Shown here: positions 12,057-24,560 of the stretch, piece after piece | How the letters are laid out: every line of letters starts with the position of its first letter | Position numbering within the stretch: the first letter of the stretch is position 1 | Source: Callorhinchus milii | Lineage: Eukaryota | Length of the DNA: 64,000 bases | Assembly: GCF_018977255.1 (NCBI RefSeq) | Contig: NW_024704743.1 | Span: 56,732,001 to 56,796,000, forward strand | Reading direction: 5' to 3' | Notes under the pieces: generated by a model | Told to the model about the DNA's origin: nothing | Seen by the model: the letters and a program-made list of their open reading frames with translations, nothing else | Database searches by the model: none | Program-made: the position numbers and the translations under genes

Positions 12057-12727
12057 TAGCAGTTCTATCGGAGTCTGTGACCTCAGCTCCACCACAGTAA
12101 ACATTGAGGAATGCTGCTTATGGTGAACTGTCTGCACTGATAAGTCAAGCTAATTCAATTCTAATGATAACATAGGTCAGTTAACCCAAGCAGAAGCATA
12201 TTGAACAAAGGAATGCATGGGACCGGAAACAAATATTATGGGCATCTGGTTGATCCCGAAAGTGAAAAAAACAAATATAGTATAATAAATAATCTTACAT
12301 ACTATAGGATTTACTGAGGCAATTTACCTTCACCGGCTCACTGGGTAATCTATTTCACATATTTCCCAGTCTATGTTAAATAATGAAATCCAAACTGTCT
12401 GTTCACCTCTCTTCTGAGCTCAAATCTTGTCACCTTGTTCCAGAAGGTATGTCATCTGTCCCTGCACTGAATGGACACTCTGGCAAAGCACTGTAGAATT
12501 TTGCCTGTTGATTTTCTGCTCCATCCCCAGCTCAGTCAATCCCAGTCCAGAGCAAGTGTATAATGTTCTCTCAGAATCATGCAGGTTTGCAGAATGGAAA
12601 CATTTCGACAAGAAGCAAATCTCTGACTCTTTCCAATGCTACTGATTAAGCAAGTGCCAGACAGTGAACTGATCTTCATTGTCACAAGTTGGATGTTTTG
12701 TAAATACCTAATGGTGATACCTCTTGA

Positions 12728-15303
12728 ACAAATTTCCTTACTTCACATGCCTCTGTTTACCTAGCAGTAAGAATGAACCCAGTTGTTAGTCGATTGTCCC
12801 ATCACATTCTGCGGGTAATAATCCCTTGAATAATAATAATAATTTGGTCACTCAATCCACAACTCTTTACAAGACACTACTGTGTACAATTGGCTGCTGT
12901 GTTTTGCCCACAAAATATACAATCAATTCACTTTACAGTATATTCTGTGAAGCACTTTGAGACGTCTCAATTATGTGATAATGCTCTATATTCCAGCAAA
13001 CTGGAAATTAAGGCTCCTCGAGGGCAAAGTGATCATAATATGATGGAATTTAGCATTAAGTTATAGAGAGAAGTAGTTAAGTCTGAAGCAAAGTTCTTAA
13101 ATTTAAGTAGAGAGAACTTTGCTGGTATGAGAGAGGATTTAGCTAAAATAAACTGGGAAATTAGACTTAAGGATTTGACAGTAGACCAGCAATGGCAGAC
13201 GTTTAAGGAGATACTGCAAAATTCCCAGCGAGCACGTATTCCTTTGAGGAATAAGAATGCCACGGGAAAGGTGGCCCAACCGTGGCTAACGAGAGCAATT
13301 AAGGAAAGTATAAAGTTAAAGGAAGAAGCCTATAAAACAGCTAAGATGAGTAGTAAACCCGAGGATTGGGAGAACTTTAGGGATCAACAAAGGAGAACCA
13401 AAAAAGTGATTAAGAGAGAGAAAATGGAACATGAGGGCAAACCAGCGAAGAACATAAAGACAGACTGCAAGAGTTTTTATAAATATATAAAGAGGAAGAG
13501 GCTGTCAAAGGTAAATGTGGGTCCGCTACAGGCAGAGACGGGGGGAATTATAGTAGAGGACAAAGACATGGCAGAGTCATTAAACAAGTACTTTGCTACT
13601 GTCTTCACCTTAGAAGACACTGAAAACCTACCAAAAATAGAGGGGAACCAAGAAGACAATGTTAGCGAGCAACTTGGGGGAATTAATATTAGTAAAGAAA
13701 TGGTTTTAGGTAAATTGTCAGGTCTTAAAACTGATAAATCTCCTGGACCTGATGGCCTACATCCTAGGGTTTTAAAAGAGATGGCTACTGAGATAGTGGA
13801 TGGCTTGTCTTTGATCTTCCAAAATTTTCCGGATTCTGGAACGGTTCCCATTGATTGGAAGATTGCAAACGTAACACCACTATTTAAGAAGGGTGGGAGA
13901 GAAAAGATGGGGAACTATAGACCAGTTAGTCTGACATCAGTGGTAGGGAAATTTCTTGAGTCCTTAATTAGGATGTCATTCTGGGATTCCTGAAAGACCA
14001 TAACAAGATTAGGCAGAGTCAATACAAAAGGGAAGTCATGCTTAACTAATCTTTTAGAGTTTTTTGAAGATGTATCTAGCAGGTTAGGTAGGGAGGAACC
14101 AGTAGATGTAGTATATTTAGATTTTAAAAAGGCATTTGACAAAGTGCCACACAAAAGGCTATTGCACAAGGTTAAGGCCCACGGGATTAATGGGAACATA
14201 TTAGCATGGATTGAAGAGTGGCTAACGGGTAGAAAACAGAGAGTAGAGATAAACTGGTCATTCTCGAATTGGCAGGATGTGACCAGTGGAGTGCCACAAG
14301 GATCAGTGCTTGGGTCTCAGCTATTTACAATTTACATCAATGATCTAGACAAGGACATTGAATGTAACGTATCTAAATTCGCGTAAGACACTAAACTAAG
14401 TGGGAGAGTAAGCTCTGAGGATAATGCAAAAAGATTGCAACTGGATATAGATAGGCTAGGGGAGTGGGCGAGGAGGTGGCAGATGGAATTTAATGTGGGG
14501 AAGTGTGAAGTTATTCACCTAGGTAGAAAAAATAGAAAAACAGATTATTTTCTAGAGGGGAGAGATTAGATAGTGTTAGTGTTCAGAGGGATTTGGGTTT
14601 CCTTGTACACCAGTCTCAAAAAGTTAGTTTGCAGGTGCAGCAAGCAACTAAGAAGGTGAATGGCATGTTAGCGTTCATTGCAAAAGGTTTAGAGTACAAG
14701 AGTAGGGAAGTCTTGCTGCAACTGTATAGGGTCTTGGTGAGACTGCACCTAGAGTATTGTGTGCAGTTTCGGTCTCCTTATTTAAAAAAAACATACTTGC
14801 CTTAGAGGGGGTGCAGCGTAGATTCATTAGGTTAGTTCCTGAGATGCGGGGACTGACCTATGAGGATAGGCTGAATAAACTAGGGCTATATTCTCTAGCG
14901 TACAGAAGAATTAGGGGAGATCTTACTGAAACATATAAGATTCTTAAAGGGCTGATAAAGTAGACACTGAGGGTCTGTTTCCCCTGGTAGGAGAATCTAT
15001 AACCAGGAGTCACAGTCTTAAAATTAAGGGTCAGCCTTTTAGAACAGAGTTGAGGAAATATTTCTTCACCAGAAGGCTGCAGGTGCTCAGTCCTTGAACA
15101 TTTTTAAGGCTGACACTGATAGATTTTTAAAAAATAGAGGGATTAGGGGATATGGGGATAGGGCAGGTAATTAGAGTTAGGTCAGAAGATCAGCCATGAT
15201 CTTATCGAATGGCGGGGCAGGCTCGAGGCGCCGAATGGCCTACTCCTGCTCCTAATTCTTATGTTTTTATGTTCTTATATTAAATGCAAGGATTATTATT
15301 ATA
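12728..15303 (+). mobile_element. 5'-truncated SINE split by CR1 (pieces 12728-12992 and 15276-15303; duplicate 33511-36086)
   Basis: SINE body stops at GCTCTATATT. Its tail AAATGCAAGGATTATTATT resumes after the CR1. Confidence 0.88.
12993..15275 (+). mobile_element. CR1 LINE, 5'-truncated and inactive, with 6-bp TSD TATATT
   Basis: KSPGPDG, NYRPVSLTSVVGK, YLDFKKAFDKVPH, GVPQGSVL motifs. Catalytic FADD reads FA-stop-D and there are frameshifts. TTCTTATG tail. TATATT at 12987-12992 and 15276-15281. Confidence 0.96.
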
Positions 15304-15694
15304 AGAGTTAAATTCATTAACCCATAATAATAATCCTCACATTTGTTATAGCGCCTTTCATGTAGGGAGGAAATCTCAAGCAATTCACAGGAAATATCGT
15401 GTTTATAGTGTTGTGACTGTATTTTGTATAAAAACTTATTTTGTTACATCTCTACTGTGGGCTTGTATTGATGATAAGATGGTATAAAATATGTCCTTTG
15501 AACCCTTTAGGATAATAATAATGATTTTGTTGTTGCTTTTTAAACAGAGGTGCCACATATTATTACTGCTGCAGTCAACATGAGCCAATTCTGCTGCCTT
15601 TGGAAGCACCTACCACATCATGCTCCAGGTGAGGAGGAGAAGGAATCTATGTTTGACCTCTGGTAGCAATGACACACATTTCAATATGTTAATA

Positions 15695-15748
15695 TTGGGA
15701 CGTCCTCCCGATGTGAAAGGCGCTATACAAATGTAATCTTGTTGTTGT
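15695..15748 (+). mobile_element. Ultra-short L2 3'-end insertion with 8-bp TSD TGTTAATA (duplicate 36478-36531)
   Basis: TTGGGACGTCCTCCCGATGTGAAAGGCGCT..(TTG)n; TSD at 15687-15694 and 15749-15756. Confidence 0.88.
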
Positions 15749-15775
15749 TGTTAATAGGCACAGCTCACTGATAAT

Positions 15776-16169
15776 GGGTGTCAGCTTAGCTCAGTTGGTA
15801 GAGCTCTTGCATTTGAGTCAGAGTGAGGTTTGATCTTACAATCTAGGCTGAGACTCCAGTGCAGTGATGGGAGATTGCTGTATTGATAGAGATGTTGTTT
15901 CTCAGATGAGATGTTAAACCAAGTTCCCCTCTGCCCTTCAGGTGGATGTTTAAAAACACTGTGGCACTATTTGAAAAGAGAAGGGCGTTTCTCCCAGTGC
16001 CCTGTCCAACAATCCTCCAGATAAAAAAATGTTTTTTTCATTTTGCCCTTGTTTATAGGACATTACTCTGTACAAATTGGCTGTTAAACCAATACATTTT
16101 ACAATAAAATTTGTTAAAAGTTTTTGACAATGCGATAAGGTGCTATAATCAAACATAAGCATTATTATA
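15776..16169 (+). mobile_element. Deu-domain SINE (SacSINE1-like), near full length (duplicate 36559-36952)
   Basis: tRNA-like head AGCTCAGTTGGTAGAGC; central CAGATGAGATGTTAAACC..CAGGTGGATGT..TGGCACTATTTGAA, recalled as the Deu domain; L2-type tail. Confidence 0.8.
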
Positions 16170-16384
16170 GGCTGTCCTGATTTTCAACTGTTCTTACATT
16201 CCTGCAAAAATAGCAATGCATATTTTTCTTTGTGACCCTACATGGCATTTCCCAGAGAATGCTTGTGATCAGATAAAAAAAAGTTGTAAAGTTTGATCTG
16301 GAAATCCCTGAACATGCATGAGATCTTGTTCTCAGTTGTTTTGTGCTTTGGATTCAATAAACAGGGCAGTATCTCCACACTGGA

Positions 16385-16612
16385 GGCTCAAAATTTGTCA
16401 TGGTCTTAGCCTTAAGATCACTGTTTTTTAATTGAACCGTATGCAGCTTTTTTGAAAATTCGCAAATTCGGATTTTTGTTTGAAAGTCGGGGTTTCTGCA
16501 GTTCTTTCAGGTACTTCAGAAAACTGATTTCCAAATTAAAAGTGAATTCAAGACTTTCCCCAGATTCTGTATGTGTTCAAATTTCAGGCTAAGACCATGA
16601 AAAGTTCTGGCC
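16385..16612. mobile_element. MITE-like palindromic element with ~28-bp imperfect terminal inverted repeats (duplicate 37168-37396)
   Basis: TCATGGTCTTAGCCT (16398-16412) and AGGCTAAGACCATGA (16586-16600) are exact reverse complements. Confidence 0.7.
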
Positions 16613-16859
16613 TGAGAAGCCTTATGTTACTTCAGAATCGCAGGTCAGAAATTCCATCAAAGGTCTTAACCTTTTAAGACTTAACAGAATACTCTTAACT
16701 GGGATACTCCTTAATACTCTTAACCTGTTATTGCTGTTATTGTCTTAGCCTTTATGCAGAATTGTGATCATTTCTTAAATTCAATCTTCTGCAATTCTTA
16801 AATAGTTAAAAACGGATTTAAGAATTTTTCGCTTTTCTCTGCAACCTTAACATTTAACA

Positions 16860-17045
16860 GGATCAAAAGATCACAAGATTGATCTAGATGAAGAGGCTTT
16901 TCGGCCTGTCTGATCTCATTCCTCCAGAACATCCATCCCCCATCATTGCGTCAAGCTGCGTTTTAAACAAGTCTATTGCCCTGACCTCTACTACCTTTCC
17001 TGGCCACCCGTTTTAGTCATTGATTACCCTCTGCATGAAGAAAAA
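16860..17045 (-). mobile_element. Degraded CR1 3' end (duplicate ~37644-37829)
   Basis: AGAGGCTTTTCGGCCT hairpin region and TTGATTACCCTCTGCATGAAGAA, typical of the reverse CR1 3' UTR. Confidence 0.55.
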
Positions 17046-19722
17046 AATGACATTTGACTCATCACTGAATGAAATGTCACATGAAGTTTATGGTGAATAA
17101 AATATAAATTTTCATAATGTGTTATTTACTTATTGATAATGCTAACAAGTGTCAAGGCAAGGTTATCAATATCATGAAATGATCACTTATTCATAAAATC
17201 CGTGACTCCTAATTTCAGTCATTTCATGGTTTCAAAATTTTACTGAAAATTTCAGAGATTTCGCAACACCCCTGGTTTCACAACTTTACTGTAGCATACG
17301 TGTGTATATTGTCATAATCAAACCAGCAACTGTTCAGGTTGTTGTGCCAGTTTTCAATGTTGCTTCATTGTGCATTCACAGTTCAATGCTTGTCCCTGAA
17401 GTCCCATAAAGACTGGTTGTTAAGAAATATGAAAATGATTCTGTAAATGACTCTCATGACCTTATTCACAGGATTAGGTCATGTACAGAATATTTTGTTT
17501 GTTTGTTTGTCATACTCACATATACTATTTTTAGTCATTGTTTCTTTTTGAAATACCCCGAATTTCAGCTGTAAGAGCAAGCATGTGATCTGCTGCAGGC
17601 CACCATCAAGTGCCATCTTCCAAAGAAACGCAAAAAAAATTTCAAAATTGCACATGTGATTGTGCCTCTGAGTTACCCAGTGGCTGGGGTGATGCACAAT
17701 GATAATAATAATAATAATAATCCTTGTATTTGATAGAGCACCTAAGACCATTCAAATAACCCATTAAAAAATATATTGTTTTAAAATTAAAATTTCTTTT
17801 CTATAATCTGAAAATTGTTTCTCCCTATTGTTTTTGTATTAAAAGGCGGTGACCAAATTGACTTGAGAAGCCCGAGGGGGAAAGAATTATCCTGATCTCA
17901 GGAAGAAATTCAGTCCGAAACATGTCATTAAAGTGAGTTGCCAGTCGATAGTGTTCCTGAATTTCTCCTGTGATAAGTAAGGAACAAAATGTGTTTAGGA
18001 ATTCCACAATATTGCCTATTATTTTGTGGTTCTACAGATCACACACGGTATAAGATCATTGCTTTAGTTGACATTATGAAACAACTTATAAACCATAATT
18101 TCAAAAGGCTGGGCCTTTTGACAAAATTACTATTTAATGACAACATAAATAGTTGATGATTTTTGTAAAATGTATCATTGCTGTTCAATAGATTGCAATT
18201 GCCAGTTAACAGTAAACATTCATACCACCTTATCTTTCCCCATCAATATTCTCTGGGCAAGCAATTGATTCTCTGAGCTGTATTCTTCTTCATTTTCCCC
18301 ATGATTAAGCAGCGTGTCTGTGAATTTTATTTCCCGCTGGTGATCAGGATCATTGATTTTTAGAGCTTTGCTTTATAAGCTTTTTAAAATGATTTGAGAT
18401 ATTTTGTTCACTACTGAAACAAGCATCCCATTAAGTGGCTTTGATTGTCTCTTCTATTTTGTCTAATGAATTACAAGACCAGTTAATCTGTCTGACCTTT
18501 GTAATGCTGCATGCTCTGCCTGCCAAAGTGTGACTTTTGTACGTTATTAATGTCGCAAGATTGCAGTTGCATTTTAACAAGAAAATCATTGTCCCTGTAA
18601 AGATGGAAATATACACAGAGACCCGGTGGCAATTCTGCAACATTATATGAATGATTTGATGTGATCAAATCTGTTATTGAAAATGTTGCAGATTTACCCA
18701 CCCACTAACAATTTGTCGTTGTTTTGGTGAATCTGTTCAAGTTGTTTCCACAAAGGCCTGGACTCTATGAGGTGGTGTAGACCACAATGATTATACTCTA
18801 TGTCCTCATCTATGTAGTCATCAGTGACCATCCGTCTGGGGTGATGGTGAAAGCAAAATCTTTTTGGAGCTGAGCTGGCTCCAGAGTGAAATGTTTCATA
18901 TTGGAATGGTAGAATTGGGTCAATCATCTGTGGTGGACTCAATAGTCCGGTTCGTGAACCAGATGGGTCCGCAATACTCCAGAGCACTGCTGCTGACATG
19001 CTAGTCATCTTACTCATCGTCAGGAAAAAATTCTAGACCACTATCCATTCTAACCTTGATTAAGGTTAAAAGAAAAATCTTTTGGTTAAGACTGTAAACT
19101 TGCCAATCTTGGTAGGTAAACTTGACTGCCTAGTGTTTGATAAATTTACTGATCAATAGCTTTTAATGGCTTTTTATGTCAATCTTGGTAAATTTTTACA
19201 ATGGTCAGTGACTCATCTCACATACACTTCCCCAGAATCCAATATTACTGACAGTCATTGTGTGTGGATTGAACCACCAGCACTGAACTTCTTAACTTCA
19301 GATATCAAAGATCTCAAGAGAACTTCGGATGTATAAAATCATTGAATCAATTTAATCCCATCCTTCCAGAATATCAAATTTAGTATCTTCCTGTAAGTGC
19401 ACCAACCTGTATCTTAAATTTATCCTGTGTGCTGGCCTTTACCACCCTATCTAGCTGTTTAAGAGTGGCCTGATGACTAAAAGCATCCTAAATTCATACC
19501 CTCTTCTCCTCCTGCCTTATCATTACAGCACACTGCATCAGTGATACAGCACAGAAACAGCCTAATTACTCTGTGTTGTTAAATATCCCCAAAGTATTAT
19601 TCTGAAATTACTTTCCAAAACCTATTTAGCCTTCATAAAGTTCTACAAGGTTCCCTCTGTGATATCTTCTTTCAAGCCTGGTTTATCCAATTATCCTTCA
19701 TACTTCAACTGTGCACCTCTGT

Positions 19723-19882
19723 AATAATAATCCTTGCAGTTGATATAGCGCCTTATCACGTCTTCGAGACGTCTCAAAGCGCTTCACAGAATATACTGTG
19801 AAGTGAATTGACTGTATATTTTGTAGGCAAAACACGGCAGCTAATTGGGCACAGCAATGTCCCACAACAGTCATGGCTTGAA
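19723..19882 (-). mobile_element. SINE 3' half (duplicate 40506-40665)
   Basis: AATAATAATCCTTGCAGTTGATATAGCGCC..GCGCTTCACAGAATATACTG. Confidence 0.88.
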
Positions 19883-20215
19883 CCCTATACCTGCAACTCA
19901 GATAGTTATTGAGATAGTTACAAGATCCAGGTACCTAGTGATGACATAAGGGGGAAGGGTTTCTGATACCAGGAGCACAGAGTAATCCACCCTGCCCAGA
20001 TCACAGCATTTTATCAATGTTTAGGCATGTTAGCCATTTTGCCTACCAACTACACAGTCACTATACCGTATGGCACATCCTTGATGTGTCCTCCTGACAT
20101 AAAAGGCACTGTATTATATGTAATATTATTCTTATTTAATATTATGTGCTGTTCCCTTCAAAATTCATATTTTCCAACTATGTCAATACTTTGCTATGTG
20201 CAAATTGAACTCAGA

Positions 20216-20545
20216 GGATCGAGTTCAAAATTCTCATCCTTACCTTCAAGGCCCTGCATGGCCTTGCCCCCTCCTACTTCTCTGACCTGCTAACCCCTTA
20301 TCAACCTGTCCGCTCCCTCCACTCAGCAGGCTCCCGCCTGCTCCATGTTTCCGCCCGGCCGCCCCATCATCAGTCTTTCTGTCCCATCCTCTGGAAAGCC
20401 ATCCCACCTTCACTTCGCCTCGCTCCCTCCCTTGCCTCCTTCAAGACACGCCTCAAGATCCTCCTCTCCTACTGTGCCTTTGTCCACCCTCCTACCTTCT
20501 CTGCCCTCCTTGATCCCAACCCCGCCCCTCTGCCCCTATTCTATA
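20216..20545 (+). mobile_element. L2 LINE 3' fragment (duplicate ~41000-41329)
   Basis: Encodes RIEFKILILTFKALHGLAPSY; pyrimidine-rich 3' UTR. Confidence 0.85.
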
Positions 20546-20554
20546 TTTAATAAC

Positions 20555-20774
20555 AATAAGCATAATCCTTACATTAGCTGTAGCAGCTTTCTCATCAAGC
20601 ACTTCTCAAAGCACTTCATAAAATTTATTGCAAAGTGGAGTGACTCTGTATTTGTAAGCATAGAGCAATGCCTCATAAACAGCCATGAAGTGAATGATCA
20701 ATTTTAGTTGGGGAATGTTGGCCAGGACATCAGGAGACACTCCCATCTCTTTTCAAATAGTGTAATGGGATCTT
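20555..20774 (-). mobile_element. Deu-domain SINE 3' fragment (duplicate ~41339-41559)
   Basis: TTGGCCAGGACATCAGGAGA..CTTTTCAAATAGTG..ATGGGATCTT is the reverse of the central part of the 15776 element. Confidence 0.7.
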
Positions 20775-20789
20775 GAGTGCTGGGATCAC

Positions 20790-21215
20790 CCTACTCTATC
20801 TCTCTGCTTCTACCCTTGACCCCAGGACCACTGCTGTCCTGGCAGACTGCCTGTCAGACATCAAATCCTGGATGAGAGCTAACTTTCTACGATTGAATGT
20901 CAGCAAGACCGAGGCTCTCCTGATTGGCTCGCGCCAGTGCATCCATACCTCAGACGCTGACAGCATCACCATCCAAGGATGCACACTCCACCTCACCAAA
21001 CTAGTCAGGAATCTAGGCATCTTGTTCGAACCTCAACTGTCCTTTCTTCCCCACATCCATGCCATGACCGGCTCTGCCTTCCCCACCTCCTCAACATTGC
21101 CCGACTCTGCCACTGCCTCACCCCTCAGGCCACTGAAACCCTCATAGATGCCTTCATTACAACCAGGCTCGTCTATGCCAAAGCCCTGCTTCTCGGACTT
21201 CCCAGCCACAGATCA
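20790..21215 (+). mobile_element. L2 RT C-terminal fragment (duplicate ~41575-42000)
   Basis: CLSDIKSWMRANFLRLNVSKTE, VRNLGILF motifs. Confidence 0.9.
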
Positions 21216-21354
21216 TCCAGAGCTTTGCATGCTTGTATCCTCTGTATTGTGCATTGAATTGTATCTTCAATGCCCATCTGAACAGGCAGGGTTCAAACAT
21301 TGTGTTGTAACAAGAGCCATTTATAATAATAAATTATTAATACTAATAATCTTT

Positions 21355-21453
21355 ACAAAAACAGAGAGAGCTGGGAAAAGCCAGCAGATCAGGCAGTATC
21401 TATGGAGAAAGGAAAGTGAGTCAACGTTTCGGGTCCACGACCCTTCGTAAGAA
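21355..21453 (-). mobile_element. Penelope-like element terminal fragment with degenerate minimal hammerhead motif (duplicate 42140-42238)
   Basis: Minus strand reads CUUACGA-A-GGGUC-GUG-GACCC-GAAA-CG-UU. The flank resembles a chondrichthyan Penelope-associated repeat (from memory). Confidence 0.6.
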
Positions 21454-23279
21454 AGGTAAATCCTTACATTTGATACAGTATCTTTTACCTTGGGAGAGTG
21501 TCTTGAAGTGCTTCAAAAGATAAACTGCAATGTCCAGTGACTATGTAGTTTGTAGGTAATTGAAATTGCAAAGTTTAACTGTAATCTTTGTTGAACTGTA
21601 TGTTTTGGAGTTTTGAATTCTGAGAAAAAAGTACTCAATCTTTTATTTTTAATTATTTTGGTACTGATAAATAGTTTCTATGCATCTGTATTTCAGTGCA
21701 AACCACAGGAAATTGCTCATACTTCATTAAGATTCTGTCTTCGCCTACAAGAGAATTGTTCCTTACCATTTAAGATCATGCAGAATTGTGGAAAATTCTT
21801 AATTTGGAGACTGGTCCTGCAGAAAAACGTTTTTCAAATTAAAAGTGAATTTAAAAAAAGACTACAATTCTGTGTGCTTTTAATTTTTACGACAAAATGC
21901 CCTTACAGCTTATGATTGAACAGAATTTTAATGCCTCAGTAGCATTGAATTGTGACCCTAACATTGTCCAATAATTATTACTTCTGGCAGGTAAGAGCAT
22001 TACTCAAGTAATGCAGTTTGTTTGGGTGCAGGTTCAAAAAAAATCTTAATGCTGAGCATCGGCACAGTTTCTTTTGTGTTTACAGTGTTCAGTGTTTCAC
22101 AGTTTGCCTGCTGAAGTCCAAAAGTATTTTTGTGCAGAAGTGTATGAAACAAGTAAAAGAGTGTGTGGTTCTTGGTTCCTTTGATGTTATGTGTATCACT
22201 AGGAGCCCCCTATTGTAAACTCCTCAAGTCCATTGAAAGTGTCAAAAACCTTCTTCTTTACTGAGGCTAGGTCATATTTTATTTATTCAGCACAGGTTGT
22301 CTTTTCTTTCTGATACTAAATAATGAAACTTTGCCTGCTCAAGAAAATAATTTGCTTTCAAGGGAGCTGCTGTGCCAAGTATGGCACAGGTTTTCCATGT
22401 GGGGCAGATTCTACCTCAGTTCATTGGTACTTTGTTAGCTATATCACTTTTACTTTGAAAACAGTGAAAGCAGGGCTGTTTGAAGTCCCTGCAAAATCAA
22501 TCCTGCTGTGTTATTTATGAGCCATTGAACTATTGAGTTCCTTTATCCCCCTCCTGGCATCTGACACATATGCCGTTATTCCCTCTCCCTCCAGCATCTC
22601 ACACATACGCAGATTCACTGCTTGTCTCTCCCATAGTCTCTCTGTCATACTGTCAAGTCAATAACATGAAAGTGTCAGCCTTCATTCTTGTCGATTAATA
22701 TTTTTTGCATCTTCTTGCAAAAATGACGGTAAGGTCAAGAAATTAGGATAGATGAAACGTTTGGTGCATTGTATATATGTTGATGCTTAGCAGGGTTTCT
22801 GTAGTGAGCATATCCGCATTGGGACAGGCTTAATATAATGTGTAATAAATTTAACTGGCAGGGTAATGAGATTTTTAGATGACTTGTGTCACTGGGGAAA
22901 GTTGAATGCAGTAGGAAAGGAGCACAAATCGATCATTCACAATCTCCCAATATGATCATTAAAGTTTTCTATTATGAAGAGATCAGCTGGACATTAGTGT
23001 GAGTTTTGTCACTTTTTTTACAATTTTGCAATTATCCAGCCTTGCCTGCATATTCTTTTTTGCAGTTTATAGGGTGAAAATGCAATGTTTCAAAGCAGAT
23101 CTGATGTAATACTTACAATGTCTGTCAGCAATAGATTGTTTTTTGATGTGAAAATTCAGCCCCTCCACTTAAGCACAATAATATGCCATCTTTGTTCTCT
23201 ATAAAGCTATCTCCATTGTTATTTAGCCCATCAAGGTGGTTAAGAAGGATTAGATTTTTTACCCCAGCACAATTTGAAA

Positions 23280-23530
23280 TAATAATATATAATAATCCTT
23301 CCATTTGATATAGCGCTTTTCACGTCCTCTCGACATCTCAAGCGTTTCACAGAATAGACTGTAAAGTGAATTGACTGTATATTTGTGGGCGAAACGTGGC
23401 AACCAATTGCACACAGCAGTGTCCCACAAAGTCGTGGATTGAAAATGACCAATTTATTATTCTTTTGTTTTGGAGGGATTATTATTAGGCATGTGGAGTA
23501 AGGAAACTTGCCCAAGGTTTCGCCCTGCCT
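23280..23530 (-). mobile_element. SINE, 5'-truncated (duplicate ~44065-44308)
   Basis: Tail, 3' hairpin and core GGAGTAAGGAAACTTGCCCAAGGTTTCGCCCTGCC. Confidence 0.9.
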
Positions 23531-24289
23531 GCATTTGAAATAACAATTTTGAAGCATTATACACTGTAGTTATTTTGCTTACTTTTGAATTACAATGCTC
23601 CTTGAACTGAATTCCATAGCTGTCACCATGGAGAGGCACTGAGCAAGAAGCCAAGTGTTTTTCTGCAGAAGAGAGCCAACCGAGGCTGCTCACATATGTC
23701 TTGGCCGCTGTGCTCAAAGAAACACACAAGTAGGTCAGTCACCTGTACTCTTAGCCGGGGATGGCGATTAGTGCAAGAGACCCACAAAGCAAGAGAGGTC
23801 TATTTGAGTGGTAAAGACTGCTATCCAAAAATCAAACCAATATGAATATCAATGCAGAGGTTTTCTCATCATGGCTCATTTGGTGAAGCTGTGATCAAGC
23901 AGGACATTTAAACATTCCGAGCAGGCAGGTCCCACTCTGCATAGCCCAGCTATTCAATAGGTAAAAAACTGGTTTGAAACATTAACAGTGTGAGGCAACC
24001 TGCTAGATATTGGCTTAATTATTCTGATAACAACCACTTGCGGTAGCTTTACACCCTACTTTGAACAGCAGAGCATCAAAATCCATGCATTAAATAAGAC
24101 GCATCCATTTTCTTTCAGAAAGTAAAAAAACTGCACCTTCAGGAACTATTCCCAAAGATACTTCTGCTGGGAATTAAATGTATCAGCACAGCTGGGTGTG
24201 CAACCATTAGGTAATTAGTAGGTTACTAAGCCCATGCACTGAATGTATTATTCAGGTCTTTTTCTAACCACTTATTTTCCTGTACATAC

Positions 24290-24560
24290 TAACCCTTTTC
24301 TGATATGTATTTCCTAAGGCACCACCCAACCTCACTGAAATGACTATTCTTTGCATGTGAGCCTAAACAGTGAGCATTGGCTATTTATTCAACCACCCTC
24401 ATATGATCACTACAATTACGTTTTAGCAGGGTCACAGGATAGAAATCTGACATTTTACTCCCTCTCTAGCTCAGGAGAGCTATGGCCAACTGAAAAGTTG
24501 AGGTCAGCTAATCGAGGTCAGATCAGAATTCAGGCCTGTGATTTTCTGCTGTTTCACTGT
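24290..24560 (-). mobile_element. Old SINE-like repeat, same family as 3196-4330 (duplicate ~45072-45342)
   Basis: Reverse strand AGGCTCACATGCAAAGAATAG and related motifs. Confidence 0.4.

Noticed and set aside
13127..13993. 288-aa ORF, longest in the window
   Set aside because: Internal CR1 ORF2 piece. The element lacks its 5' end and the RT FADD motif contains a stop.
18694..19017. 107-aa ATG-initiated minus-strand ORF
   Set aside because: No recognisable domain or clear splice context; length compatible with chance.
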